NCBI RefSeq assembly: GCF_006345805.1
Contig: NC_043021.1
Location: 28,458,001-28,522,000 of the forward strand
From: Octopus sinensis
Lineage: Eukaryota
DNA length: 64,000 nt
Direction: 5' to 3'
Below the pieces are notes generated by a model. The model was not told where the DNA came from. It made no database searches and saw only the letters and a program-made list of their open reading frames with translations. The position numbers and the translations under genes were made by a program. Below are positions 13,347-25,811 of this stretch, piece by piece. Numbering within the stretch: the first letter of the stretch is position 1; every line of letters begins with the position of its first letter.

Positions 13347-14284
13347 ATATATATATAGTGCTTGAATAGGTTTACAGATATTTTATATTGAAAACAAGGA
13401 GGCAGTCAGAATTTTGAATAATTATTTATTAGCACTTTCGTTTGTTTAAACGAACTCTTCAAAACAAATATTAGATGTATAGTTATATATACTTATATAC
13501 ATGTAAAAAAAAAATACGTGTACACACATTCATAAGTGTCTGTGTATATGCATGTATTAATATATGTCCGTATGCATGTATTTATGCATGTATAAATGTA
13601 TGTACGTATATATATATGCATGAAAATACGTGTATATGTCTATCTGTTTGTCTATCAGTTTGTATGTATGTATTCTTGTAAGTATGTATATATCTATGTA
13701 CACAACAACTGAACAGTCTCAAAAGAAAGCAAACTCATTGAATGGTGAATATTAGACATGAAGTATTTTGATGTTAGATATCTATGAAATACCATAGGGA
13801 CATAAAATAGATTGACATTACATTTGAAAAGTGTAATCGAAACCTTTTGACACAAGTCCAATTAGTTGCAATATTTGTATTCTTGTAATTTCGCAGTTTC
13901 ATTTCGGAGTTGTGTTTCCGTATTTTCTTGAAGAATGTAGCTGTCTTTTACTGCGGCGATTACAATACGAAATTGTAATAAGAGAGAGAGAACAGGAATC
14001 AATAGACGAACGGAATGTCAAGGAAACTGTAAAAAGAGGGATTGGATAAAGAAAGGAGAATTAAACAGAAATGCTGTAGTAGTAATAATGAAATAGTTTG
14101 TTTGAATAGCTGTAATGGGCAGATTCATAATACAAAGAAACGGAAGGTACTGTTACAGGCGATGGGGGCGACATTTTGATATGTCAACTTGTTACTTTTG
14201 CAACATGGTAGTTGTATGGTAACAGAGATATTTGTTTACGATTTCTAGTAGTCCGATCGACAGTGGTTCTTGTTCATCCAATCT

Positions 14285-14525
14285 GTATGGCTTAGTGGTT
14301 TGGGTGTTGGACTCATGATCGTAAGATTGTGGTTTCGATCTCTGGTCCAGGTGATTCGGTGTGTTCTTGAGTGAAACACTTCATTTCGTGTTGCTCCAGT
14401 CCACTCAGCTGGCAAAAATGAGTAATCCTGCGACGGATCGGAGTCTTTTTCAGGTTGGGAATTTATGCGCCATGGAAACCGGCCCTTATGAGTTGGCATG
14501 ACTCGACAAGGTAACTTTGCCTTTA
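14285..14525 (+). mobile_element. tRNA-derived SINE with CORE-like and V-like central motifs
   Basis: A-box tggcttagtgg, B-box gtttcgatc, gtgttcttgag..ttgctccagtccactcagctg, cctgcgacgga. Confidence 0.7.
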
Positions 14526-14550
14526 TTTTTTGTTTTTGATGCATGAAAAA

Positions 14551-14836
14551 GAGGAAAAATGAAAGTTACGCCCCTGGACCTTGAGAAAAAATGAAAGTTA
14601 CGCCCCTGGACCTTGAGAAAAAATGAAAGTTACGCCCCTGGACCTTGAGAAAAAATGAAAGTTACGCCCCTGGACCTTGAGAAAAAATGAAAGTTACGCC
14701 CCTGGACCTTGAGGAAAAATGAAAGTTACGCCCCTGGACCTTGAGAAAAAATGAAAGTTACGCCCCTGGACCTTGAGAAAAAATGAAAGTTACGCCCTTG
14801 GACTTTGAGGAAAAAGGAAAGTTACGCCCTTGGACC
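14551..14836. repeat. 32-bp minisatellite, about 9 copies (gagaaaaaatgaaagttacgcccctggacctt)
   Basis: Units start at 14551, 14583, 14615, 14647, 14679, 14711, 14743, 14775 and 14807; no spacers. Confidence 0.97.
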
Positions 14837-14914
14837 GTCCCGTCTCGAATTTTGTGTCTTGTATTGTCACTTGCTCGGTTTCCGTGGTGTATATGTGACC
14901 TAAATCGCAATATC

Positions 14915-15090
14915 CTCCCACCTCCACAGCCCGGGGGTGGGCCCGTCCATCGCGTGGTTGCTCATTTACAACTGAGTTGGTTGTAATGAAGTATTCTGAA
15001 CGAGAATACATCGCACTGCCCAGTCCGGACCGGGAATCGAAACCATGATACTGTGCGACATCATAACCACTAGGCAATGCGACTTCACAT
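14915..15090 (-). mobile_element. Degenerate tRNA-derived SINE
   Basis: Minus strand: gcattgcctagtggtta..ggtttcgattcccggtcc. Confidence 0.6.
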
Positions 15091-16368
15091 ACAGGAGTTT
15101 ACACGTAAACTAATGCAGTACAGTCACGAACATGAAGTATTATTTTGCTTTCGGTCTAGTATATCTTGGACTACAACATACGATTTATTCCTGCCTTTAT
15201 TTCTAACAAACTTTTGTCTATGATATTTTGTGTAGACCGAAATCATTCCTTTTAAAGACGGTTTAAGTTAAGTTAAAGCTGATATTTCTATCAGGTCAAA
15301 CAACTGCAAAGAGCAGAAAACCGTAATTTCTTTTACAATATTTTTCTGTTCATATTTGCCGATCGTTATATATATTTCGGTCTTCATATCATATATAATA
15401 TATTTTACATATGAAAATACCCCCATGTATCTCTCTTGTTTCCATCCGTGAAGGTGCTTAATTAATTAAGCAACAATTAAGCAAACCGTAAAACAAAATA
15501 CGAACAGCTCAATGACCATAAATATATTAAGTTTGAACATTTTTAGATAAATATACGACCACTGATGAAGAAGTTCGATCGTTTGTTTAAAGTGTGCCAA
15601 TCAATTTATTGCCATATTGTCAAAATATAATTTACTAGCATGATATTCGTCCCTCATGTTTCTGAAGATTACCAGATTAGGATTTTTACTCTTTATGGTT
15701 TCCGAGGTAGTTTATTAGGCCAATATTGACATGAAATCCACGATTAAATTGGGTGGTACGTAATGACAGACTCAGAACCCAGTGAGACTTTTGCTTTCCG
15801 TGCAGCCCTTCTCTCTATAGTTCATTTCTGATTTGGAGTTTCGTCCTTCAGAATACACAACGCTAAATCAGTGAGCGATCTTCAGTCTTATGTGCTCCAG
15901 TTTAATGTTCTAACTTACATTTCTTGAGAGTGTCGTTCTATTTCCTCTTTAGACCAGCACATAACAGAGAGCCAACTGCTTGTTCACAATGGAAAATCTG
16001 TTTAAAGAGTCTGGGCGCCTAACAGTTCCTATGTTAACTAACAGAGGGACAGGGCAGCGAATTTATGTTGTTGCTATAGTGATTTTCTCTATACAAGCTC
16101 ATAATGCGACTCAAATTGAAGTAGCAAAGTAGCAGAATGATTGCAATTGGAATTAACTCGATATTTGGAATTTCTACGGAGAAATTAGCGATGGGGTGTA
16201 TGTGTTTGGTCAAGTTAGAAGAATTTGAAATGCATTCAGAGCATCGGCTCATGTCTAAACACTCCAATTCTGAACATTGTACATACATATGTTATGCATC
16301 CATGCATACATACATACGTACCTACATACATACATTCATACGTATATATATATACGTGTGTGTGTAAT

Positions 16369-16515
16369 AGGCGTCTTTCAGTTTCCGTCTACCAAGTCAA
16401 CCCGCAGGCATTTTGGTCTGCCCGGCTATATAATAGGAAACACCCAACATGTCGTACTGCGAGATTGAACCTGAGACCACATTGTTAAGGAAGCAAGATT
16501 CTCAACGATACAGAA
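16369..16515 (-). mobile_element. SINE 5' half, CORE-like family (also at about 27655-27820 +, 38770-38900 +, 42050-42210 -, 46310-46470 -, 54955-55115 -)
   Basis: Shared ..gtagacggaaactgaaaga.. and ttgggcaagtgtcttctactatagc motifs among the copies. Confidence 0.7.
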
Positions 16516-16521
16516 ATGGAT

Positions 16522-16650
<129 letters not shown>

Positions 16651-16688
16651 GTGTGTGTGTGTGTGTGTGTGGTGTGTGTGTGTGTGTG

Positions 16689-16793
16689 TATGCAATAGTA
16701 CCTCGGTTCTCGAACAACTCTGATTACAAATAAATCGTGCTGTAATCACGATTTATTCGTGATCAGAGTTGTTCGAGAACCGAGGTACTATTG

Positions 16794-16797
<4 letters not shown>
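16689..16797. repeat. Palindromic module: 51-bp arms (2 mismatches), 7-nt loop; flanking (TA)n(TG)n / (CA)n(TA)n extends the fold-back to about 16600-16860
   Basis: Direct reading. Confidence 0.95.
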
Positions 16798-16858
<61 letters not shown>

Positions 16859-17721
16859 GTAAATGTAAAAAAATACAAACTGGGACAAGAACGTGAAACA
16901 TTTAGAAGACGATACAAAAAACACGGACGGGACATTCGAAGCCTTCAATCTTCAGTCAAGAACCGGATCATCTTCGCAATTTCGGCTGATTAATATATAT
17001 ATATATATATGCCCTACTACTTGCATATAAACTGTCTGATCGACATTAGAATGGAGGTAAAATGAAACAAACCTGAGAAGCATTTAGAACGGTTGGTTAC
17101 GTAATTACGCATTTTTTTCTCTCATTTCATAAATCTGCACACCCACCGTCTATCATACCAATAATAGAGATTTCTAACACTGAGATACGTCTTCTTGCAT
17201 CAGGTTGTGTTTGGTTTGTTACATCGAAGACTGTACCTGCTACGTACTCATTGTATTGATCACAGAAGTATGAAAGGTAAAGTCGACCCGGGTCGTAAAG
17301 AACGTAGAGTGACCTGACTAAACACTGGTCTTTGAACTGAGGTTAGTAGTAATCGTTAGTATACACTTGGATGACCTCAGAAACAGTGACTATGGACAGC
17401 CATTCATTCATTCGTTGCCGTTCGTGTTTTGTCCTGTCAGCTTGGCTTCATTCAGCAAGCCGAACTCTACTTAGTGTTTGAGACAACGTTTTCTATAAGT
17501 CGATCAGAAGAATAACCAGGAGTGAATATCTGTTGATGTGTGTTTCTTTGGCTGGAAAGTAGAATACAAGACGAGAGGAAAAGGTTGTGAGGCGGCAGAG
17601 CAAAACAGAAATAGGAAGGGAGAGGAGGAAGGCAGGGAGGGAGAGAGAGAGAAAATGAAACAAAAAATTGATGTTACATGGAGGAGAGAGATAGGAGTAT
17701 GATGTCAGAGAAAGGGAGAGT

Positions 17722-17775
<54 letters not shown>

Positions 17776-18589
17776 GTGACTAAATAGTGAAAGGGAACGA
17801 ATATGGTAAAGAAATGAGGGGGAAAATGAGTATTGAGAAATGGTGGGTTAATGTGAGGGGGAGAAAAAGTAAAATGACGACATGGAGTTATTGAAAAATG
17901 AAGAGAGAAACTGGTAGAAAAGAGAGAAAAAGTGGGAGCTAAAGGAAAAGTTATAGTAGAAAGAAAAAAGAGAAAGAGAGATGGAAGTAAATGACTGGAT
18001 CATGTTAGAGGAGGGGATGAGGATATACATTTTAGAAAGTGGGAGGATATTAGAATATGAGAGAAAAACGCGACGTTCTCGGCTGAAATAAGAGAAACGA
18101 ATGGAAAAAAGTAAAGAGAAAAGCGAAAACGTTGTACGAGATTTATCGTTGGTTTATGTTTATATCTTTTTTATAATATAATTTTCATTTGATTTCAATT
18201 TAAGCGTCATATTAAATGGTTTAACCTGAACGTGACACCGTACTTCGTTTGTTAATTCAGGCTCATCAAGGAAGAAGAGAGTCTGTGCGCCTGTGGGTAT
18301 AACAAGAGTTTAAATATAGCCTTTAGACTATTCAACGATATTAGCGGTGTTGTAGTAAGGCCATAAATAAACCAGGCACTGTTGTTGATTAAGGAATGAC
18401 ATCTCTGGAGCGGACAGTAACCATAAGTTTGCAGTATGTTCTCTTCTCGCGTACAATATTTTACCAACATAGAATAATTACAATGTATTGGCGTATATAC
18501 GAGTCTTAACTAATATGATATCGTGGTTAGCAGATTCGTTTACTTGTACAACGACGCAATCAAATCGCACATAAATAAATAAATATATA

Positions 18590-18806
18590 TTCTTCTTCTT
18601 CTTCTTCTTCTTCTTCTTCTTCTTCTTCTTCTTCTTCTTCTTCTTCTTCTTCTTCTTCTTCTTCTTCTTCTTCTTCTTCTTCTTCTTCTTCTTCTTCTTT
18701 CTTCTTCTTCTTCTTCTTCTTCTTCTTCTTCTTCTTCTTCTTCTTCTTCTTCTTCTTCTTCTTCTTCTTCTTCTTCTTCTTCTTCTTCTTCTTCTTCTTC
18801 TTCTTC
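18590..18806. repeat. (CTT)n microsatellite, about 70 units
   Basis: Direct reading; source of the poly-R/K ORF 18478-18828. Confidence 0.98.
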
Positions 18807-19084
18807 CCGGACTCACGCCATTAGCCACAAAGAATAATCTCTAATTCGACCCTACTCTAAGCTACTAAGGATGCGTGTGGCAACTTGAAGATCCACCCAG
18901 CACACGCGATAGACTGGCGCTTGCACGGGCGCGAAAGCTACGTTGTTATCCTCATTACGTAAACGGTGGCTTTTAACGGGTGGAGAGCTGAACCATCCTG
19001 GGGTACAGAGGATTCGCAATCTAGACAAGGGTCTGAAAGTTTTACCAAACCATAGTTACACGATGGTTCATCTGCTTTGTTGTA

Positions 19085-19265
19085 GAAGTAGAAAGAAAGA
19101 GTGAGAGAAAGTTGTGGTGAAAGAGTACAGCGGGGTTCACCCCAACCCCGCTGGAGCCTCGCGGAGCTTAGGTGTTTTTGCTCGCAATGCCCGGCCTGGG
19201 AATCGAAACTGCGTTGTTAACACCGCTAGTCTGCTGCCCTAACCACTGGGCCATTACGCCTCCAC
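19085..19265 (-). mobile_element. tRNA-derived SINE (family also at about 37345-37660 +, 40590-40960 +, 43720-43838 -)
   Basis: Minus strand: gtggaggcgtaatggcccagtggttagggcagcagact..gtttcgattcccagg; shared tttcaccacaactttctctc body. Confidence 0.75.
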
Positions 19266-19279
19266 TAAAAGCTGATGTT

Positions 19280-19805
19280 GAGGAGATCAAGAAAGCTTCA
19301 TACTGGCGGCTCAAGAACTAAGCTTGTTTACCAGAAACTACAAGGTTAATGTCCGAAAACGATGCTGGCCTAAAACGTAGTTTCTACAACACATTTGATG
19401 AAACAATAGACCATGTTGTTTCGAGCTGCCCTGTGCCAACACTAAACGAATATAAAAATCACTGTGGTGGGGTAGGACAGTATTTACATTGGAAAATATG
19501 TAACCATTATCAAATCGACACTCCTGCTAACTAACATGAACACCATCCTGAGCTTGTGGTTGTAGGTAAAATGATCACCATCATCTGGGAATTTCCGGAC
19601 AACGCCTATAGAACAATCCAGATAATTGACCAGGCGTTATTATTAAAGACAGGGAAGAAAATACTTGTAAACATACAGATGTAAGTGTACCTACTGATGA
19701 GAATACTTATAATTTGACAACCTTCGTAAATACAAGGAAATTGAATTACAAAAGATGTAGCGTCTTAAAGCAAGAACTATCCCTACTATTGAAGATGCTC
19801 TGTGA
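19280..19805 (+). mobile_element. R4/Dong-clade fragment (CCHC knuckle + RLE), degenerate
   Basis: FILAAQELSLFTRNY..DETIDHVVSSCP..VGQYLHWKICNHY..KARTIP. Confidence 0.8.
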
Positions 19806-19812
19806 GAACTAT

Positions 19813-20703
19813 TCTATCTCCGATCAGTGAGAACACCAGCGTAAAGATAAGGCGTAACACAAAAAGAAACATCAGAAAAATCGCTTCAGAAATTGGTAGA
19901 GGCTCTGAGACTATGCATAATTTGTTGAAAAATGATCTTCAGTTATTCCAATGCAAGATATCAAAAGATATCAAAAGCCACAAAGAAAACAAGAAAACAA
20001 AGAGCAAAGATTCTTCTGCGAAAGCTGAGAGATGGCAGACGGCCACCAGTACTGTACACAGATGAAAAGTTATTCAATGTGCAAGCGGGTCTCAATCCAC
20101 AAAATGATTGTATATATGCAGTAAATAAAGAGGACATTCCTGTGGAACAAAGATTATTCTTTCGGCTGAAGAAACCTACATCCATAATGGTGTAGGCTGG
20201 TGTGACTGCAAACGGCATGAAAGCCCCTCTAGTCTTCATTGAAGAGGGTGTAAAAATCAACCAACATGTTTATTTCGACATGTTAAAGGATAAAGTAGTC
20301 CCTTAGGATTTTGCAACAATGAGGGACGAAGGTGTAACTCTCCAACAAGATGGCAAAACATCTCATACGGCTAAAGCGATCAGAGAATGGTGTCAAGAGA
20401 ATTTCAAGGCATTCTGGCCGAAAAAGCTGTTCTCACCCAACCCACTCTTCACCCAATTTGAATCCGATGGATTTTGGTATATGATCTATCCTTGAGAGCA
20501 AAGCCTGGCTCAGAGCTCTTTAACCCCATTTGCGAAAATGCTGGGACGATGTCTCCCAAGTTGTTCCCAGACTCCCGCAGTTATTCTCCTTAATATATCA
20601 CCTTAATTCATATTTGGGTTCTATTTGAGCTTATCTAAATTCGATCATTTTTGTATCGAGATGTTAGTTGAATAAATATGGTTACATTTCGTCTGATCAC
20701 CTT
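19813..20703 (+). pseudogene. Tc1/mariner superfamily, maT-like (DD37D) transposase relic
   Basis: LYTDEKLFNVQ..QNDCIY..VTLQQDGKTSHTAK..SSPNLNPMDF; reconstructed spacing between 2nd and 3rd Asp is about 37 aa; stops and frameshifts present; possible right TIR near 20692-20703. Confidence 0.85.
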
Positions 20704-20794
20704 ATATATATATATATACACATACATATTCACACACACACACACATTTCTTTTACTTGTTTTAGTCATTAGACTGCGACCATGCTGGGGCAGT

Positions 20795-20985
20795 ATGACT
20801 TTGTACTTGTGATTGTCCCCCATCCCCGCTTCACAATCGGTGTTAGTTTGTTTATATCCCAGTGACGAAGAATAAAACCAGTAAGAGACTTAAAAATAAA
20901 TCCTGGGGTCTGTTTGTTCGACTAGGCAGTTCGAGTTGGTGCCCCAGCATGGACACAGGCCAATGAATGAAACAAGTAAGAGGTA
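20795..20985 (+). mobile_element. SINE 3' half ending ggcggtg(c/t)(c/t)ccagcatgg.. (also about 37825-38030 +, 39650-39830 +, 41845-42010 -, 46050-46220 -)
   Basis: Shared aataagtcctggggtcgatttg.tcgact..aggcggtgctccagcatgg motif. Confidence 0.75.
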
Positions 20986-21792
20986 AAAAGCAAACGGTAA
21001 TTAGGTCATATGTAAAGCAGATTTCAGTATATCGTGACGTCACAGATGTAGCGATTTTTCGGTGATGCGATGAGAACCGGTAGCATCACATCCGACAGAC
21101 CCTCAACGACTCACTAAGTGTTGACGCTTCCACACTTAGATTCCTCGATGCAAACCGCATCATTAGCATATGAATATTATTATTCCTTTATGTTAATACA
21201 ACACAACTACTATAAAGTGTTCGTGAATAACGTAAGACAGCGCATCTTCTAAGAGTTAACTTAAGTAGAACGACATTTAAATGAATCAAAAATCAATATT
21301 AACACATTTAAAATTTGCTGGTAATAAAATTTGTAAAGATTGTGTTAAGTTTCACCGATTTTCTTAATAATAGCTCGATAAACTCAGCACAAACCGTTTC
21401 CACTTTGATTGTTATTAGATTTCTATCATGGAATTTCATAAGACAATACTATTATGTTTTAGCGTTCTTCTTTAATACATTCTTAGCTGTGTCAAATCAG
21501 AAATCAGCAACACTTGTGAAGATAAAAGCTGGCTGCGCATGGTTAAACAGATTTCTATTAAAGTGATGTTTAACACTATCAGACAGCTCATGCACGTAAT
21601 TCTCAGAGGTTAAATGCTTGTTTACACATCTAATCTCAGATCATCGTTTGTAGCTTCCATGTTATAGCAGGCGACTGCGTTACCGTCCATTCGATGCATT
21701 CATATATCACACTCTAATAACTATTTGGTATTTCTCTAATAATGGGCTAATTGTGATTAAGCACGCACACACACACACAAACACACCCACCC

Positions 21793-21829
<37 letters not shown>

Positions 21830-22379
21830 GATGTCCTTATCTTTAAAGAAGATTAGAAAGGCGGAGCTGTGATGTTTAAGCAACTCCAAAAGACATCTGA
21901 AGCGCGATGGGCGAAATGAAAAAGGAAGAGAGGTAATTAACTCTTCATAGACTCTGGTTACTTATCGATACTCTTCGATCTAATGCTCTCTTTGCTGTTA
22001 AGGTGTTTACATTGATTCCCTCATTTCTTTTTCGCCGATCAAAATATTCAGATTTATTCGTTGTCATTCACTGAAGCGATCGAAGTCACTGAATTGTAGC
22101 AGATAACACATCATTAAAGCTGTTTATGTCATGTGTACAATGGAGCCCATGAGGAAGCGTATACATGTTCGCTAGCCTCTCAGACATAACAGTCAAATCT
22201 TCTTCAAGTCATAACCTACAACTTTCAAACACGGTAAAACCCAGTGAAGGATGCAGCCTAAAATAGATATATCCCAAAATGTGTTGGGATAGTCATTCAG
22301 TTTGCACACGAGTGATCATAGCATTAATACTGGTTTTAAATTTTGACACAAAGCTAGCAATTTTAGTTGGCAGGAGTTT

Positions 22380-22530
22380 ACTCAATTACATTGACCCCAG
22401 TGCTCAACTAATACGAGATCAGGAAATGCAAAGTCGAACTCGGTGGCATTTGAACTTAGAGTGGAAGACAGGAAGAAACGCTTAGCATTTTTATCCAGTA
22501 CGATAACGATTCTGCCAGCTCCCTGCCTTA
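22380..22530 (-). mobile_element. Short SINE of the aaggcggcgagctggcagaa family (also about 31165-31355 +, 33272-33445 -, 43240-43435 -, 43460-43660 -, 43865-44000 -, 44878-45095 +, 59860-60080 -, 60905-61078 -)
   Basis: Shared gagttcaaattccgccgaggtcgactttgcctttcatcctttcggggtcgat..agtaccag..ctggggtcgat. Confidence 0.8.
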
Positions 22531-23179
22531 ATAAGAAGCTTAGATAAAGGCTAACAACTACAACAACAATAACAGCATCATCATCATCATCAACAACAAC
22601 AACAACAGCAACAACAACAACAACAACATTTGCATGATTTTTTCGGAGGTAAATAATGGTATATCTTCCGAGACCTTCAGTTTTCGAGAGCATATTTTAT
22701 AATAATATTTTTCAGAAAACAAAGTTGAATGTGCTATTTTTTCCTCCTCTTAGATATATTATTCTGTACCGTCAAAGAAGTGCAGGCAAACCCAATCAGA
22801 AAACTCTGAGTTCCACAAAAAAGAAAAACAAATAAAAAAAAACACTGAAATAGATTGCTTTAGGCTTGAGGAAATTACTCTGTGTGTAATTTAGTTGAAT
22901 CAACACAATAAACTGTAGACACATTTTCTGCACATTTTCTACAAGAGTAGTATCGATAAACTGAATCGATAGAGCGCCGGACCAAATGTTTTGCGGTGTT
23001 AAATTAGTGACCTTTACGATGTTCGTCCAGATTTGTATTATTGTTTCTGTATTAGAAATTGATCTATAATAATAAAGTAAACACTGCATAGCAAGAGGTG
23101 AACGAGCAATAAGCTAATATCGCAACGCAGTTTCAATCTTCATTTAATTATGCTTATTCGTTTAATATGTCACACACAC

Positions 23180-23238
23180 AAGGCGGCGAGCTGGCAGAAA
23201 GGTTAGCACGCCGGGCGAGATGCATGGTGGTATATCGT
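23180..23238 (+). mobile_element. SINE head split from its body (25812 onward) by the Tx1 insertion
   Basis: aaggcggcgagctggcaga..gttagcacgccgggcga..ggtatatcgt, continuing at 25812 as ggtatttcgtctgccgct. Confidence 0.75.
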
Positions 23239-23651
23239 ACGTCTGTTGCTGAAAAGTTATTGTTGGAGTGTGTTCGTAAATTTCTATTAATTGTTATATT
23301 TCTTGTTGTGACTATTGTTGGACTTAGTATAGTTTTCTTTCGAAAGCTATTTGTGGGGAGAAACATGAATTGCCGGCAGGATGCTGAAAAATTCGTGTTT
23401 TTCGTCGGGGGACGAATCGATTGAAGGAGAAGCCAGGAAAATTGAAAGCTTAATTTTTGACAATGTTTCTGATGTGTCGGAAAGCGAATTTCCAACGTTA
23501 CCAAGAGTTACGAACACCGATAGGAAGACAGAAAAAGGGACCATCCAAAATGAAGAAAAGAAAAGTTTTGCGTCAGCGGCTGGTGGTGGAACGCGACAAC
23601 TGTCAGCTGGCATAAAAGAATTATTAAAATTTCAGGTCCATCACTCTTTTA

Positions 23652-25385
23652 AACGCAGAAGTGAAGATTTTGGTCAAGGTCTTAGCAAAAAGGTTGGTTA
23701 TTGTCGCGAATAGTATAGCCGGGGAGGCACAGACATGTGCCATCGCAAGAAGAACCATTCAGGATACTCTCCATCTTATTCGCTATACCATAGAGAGGGT
23801 TGGTAATAAATCTGGCAAAGGTGGGGCATTGGTGCATTTGGACCAGTCTAAAGCTTTTGGTAGGGTTGACGATCGATACCTGGCGACTGTGCTTGCGCGG
23901 TTCGGCCTGGGCCTTTTGACTCAATAGTTCGGGTGAACGGTTTCCTTTCGAAGCCATTCTGCATCAGACGCTCGGCTCGTCAAGGATGTCCGCTTTCACC
24001 ACTTTTGTACGTGATGGCTCTCGAGCATTTACTGCGAAGGTTGAGTGGCATCCCGAGAGAACCAGGACTAGAGGAGTTTGTTACGGCTTATGTGGATGAT
24101 ATCACTATCAGCGTAACCTCGGCAGCACGCCTACGTGAAGTGGGTAAGACTATTGAGGCTTACGAGAAGGTGGCAGGAGCAAAGATTAACCGGGAAAAGT
24201 CAGTCGGCTTGCAGCTCGGCACCTGGGTTGGCAAGTCGATGCCTTCAGACAGCGTTGTTATGCACTGGACGGAGAGACCGGTTAAGTTGCTGGGAGTTTG
24301 GTTTGGACCAGGCCTTCAGATAGAGAACTGGACGGAGGTATTGAGCAGGGTGGCTGCAGTAGTCAAGACCTGGTCTTGGCGGTGGCTATCCCTGAAAGGG
24401 AGGGCGGAGGTGGCCAATGTTTTTATCGCATCGGTCATTATCTACCGCCTGACCGTTGTGCCCTGTCCGGATTCGTGGTTGATCAGGTTGGAGAGACAGC
24501 TCTTTCACTTTTTGTGGAAAGGCAGGTCGCCACTTGTGAAACGCTCTGCCTGCTGTCAAAAGCCTTTAAAGGTGAGGCACCTCTGGATTCTCCTGAATAG
24601 TGAACGGGTGTGGTCCCTGCTGGCCAGACAAATGTTCCCTGAGTTGAAGAGTTTTCGCGAACAGGAAGCCTGGTGTTCCCGTAGACCGAGGTTGAGTGAA
24701 TGGCATAAAGAGTTCTGTGAGGCCCTCTTGCTATTCCGGCGCTCGGGCAACGCCAGCGGTTGTGGTTCCACACGGATTTTATATAGTGGGTTGGTAGAGT
24801 CTGAATGCAACGATGGCCTGGGGTCGACTCTAGGCCTCGGATTTATTCAACTGGACAGCCTGTTTCACCGTACATTCGGGTTGAGAACGTTGGACAACTT
24901 CCAAAAGTCCTTAACCTGCCAATGCTACAGAGGTGCCTTGCCCGTTTGGGATAAGCTCGCAAGACATGGTAAATGTCAGTCGCCGACCTGTCCAAGATGC
25001 GGGGGTGGGGGACAGGGAAACCGTCCCTCACGCTATTGTTCAGTGTCCGGAGATAACTGAAATGTGGGCTTATGCTGAACACCTGTTGTCCGGCGAAGGA
25101 AAAGTATAGCTGTCGACTGAGTCAAGTATAAATATTGACCCATCGGGAGTTCTAACGAACGAAGGTAAGAATTGTTTTCTCACGGTTATAGCAGTAGCAA
25201 AAGAGGCAGTATGGAAGACTAGGGTAAAAGGAATTAAGGCAGGCAACTTTATCTCTGGCCACAACTTACGATCATTTTTTTTCTTTTCATTTGAAAAGGA
25301 AGCTGTGGCTGGAGAAGAGGTGTGTACGTTCCAAAATAGATGGAAGCATGTTGCACGAATGTTGTGCGTGCAAGGAACAGTGTGA
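23652..25385 (+). pseudogene. Tx1-clade ORF2 reverse transcriptase pseudogene
   Basis: ORFs 23661-23927 and 23933-25060 are consecutive RT segments separated by a deletion/frameshift. Confidence 0.88.
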
Positions 25386-25404
25386 ATAGACGGGAAAAAA
25401 AGAT

Positions 25405-25612
25405 ACTTATTTCTTTATTACCCACAAGGGGCTAAACACAGAGGAGACAAACAAGGACAGACATAGGTATTAAGTCGATTACATCGACTCCAGTGCGTAA
25501 CTGGTACTTAATTTATCGACCCCGAAAGGATGAAAGGCAAAGTCGACCTCGGCGGAATTTGAACTCACAACGTAACGGCAGACGAAATACCGCTAAGCAT
25601 TTCGCCCCAGCG
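25405..25612 (-). mobile_element. SINE with Tx1-like tail nested in the Tx1 3' UTR
   Basis: Minus strand: gcgaaatgcttagcggtatttcgtctgcc..gtttagccccttgtgggtaataaagaaat. Confidence 0.85.
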
Positions 25613-25811
25613 GTAGATCGGGGCTTGTGGGCTCGGAGCGTGGCCTGATCATCGCTTCATTTGTATTGTTTTTGTATTGTTAATTCCATTCGATTTTTGT
25701 ATATTGTATCTACATTTTTGAAGTCACATTATATGTAAAATGATATCGCTTCACTTATCCCATCAGTTGTTCTGTCCATATCTATGTTTGGCCCCCGGTG
25801 GGCAATAAATA

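Larger units (their letters stand above)
23240..25808 (+). mobile_element. Tx1/L1-clade LINE, internally deleted (ORF1 remnant joined to RT; APE endonuclease absent)
   Basis: RT motifs KILVKVLAKRL, LDQSKAFGRV, RQGCPLSPLLY, AYVDD, LSLKGRA; C-terminal CPRC knuckle; 3' end ggcccccggtgggcaataaa. Confidence 0.88.

Noticed and set aside
13425-13465. TTGAAGA-GTTCG..CAAAC-GAAA (minus) as a hammerhead
   Set aside because: C3 altered, stem II mismatched, and the stem I register is incompatible with a UH cleavage site.
14551-14836. CRISPR-like array (32-bp repeats)
   Set aside because: Units are directly adjacent with no spacers, there are no cas genes, and the context is eukaryotic; it is a minisatellite.
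16930-16960. CUGANGA boxes at about 16950 and 52620 (minus) as hammerheads
   Set aside because: Followed by GAAU rather than GAAA, with no stem I or III.
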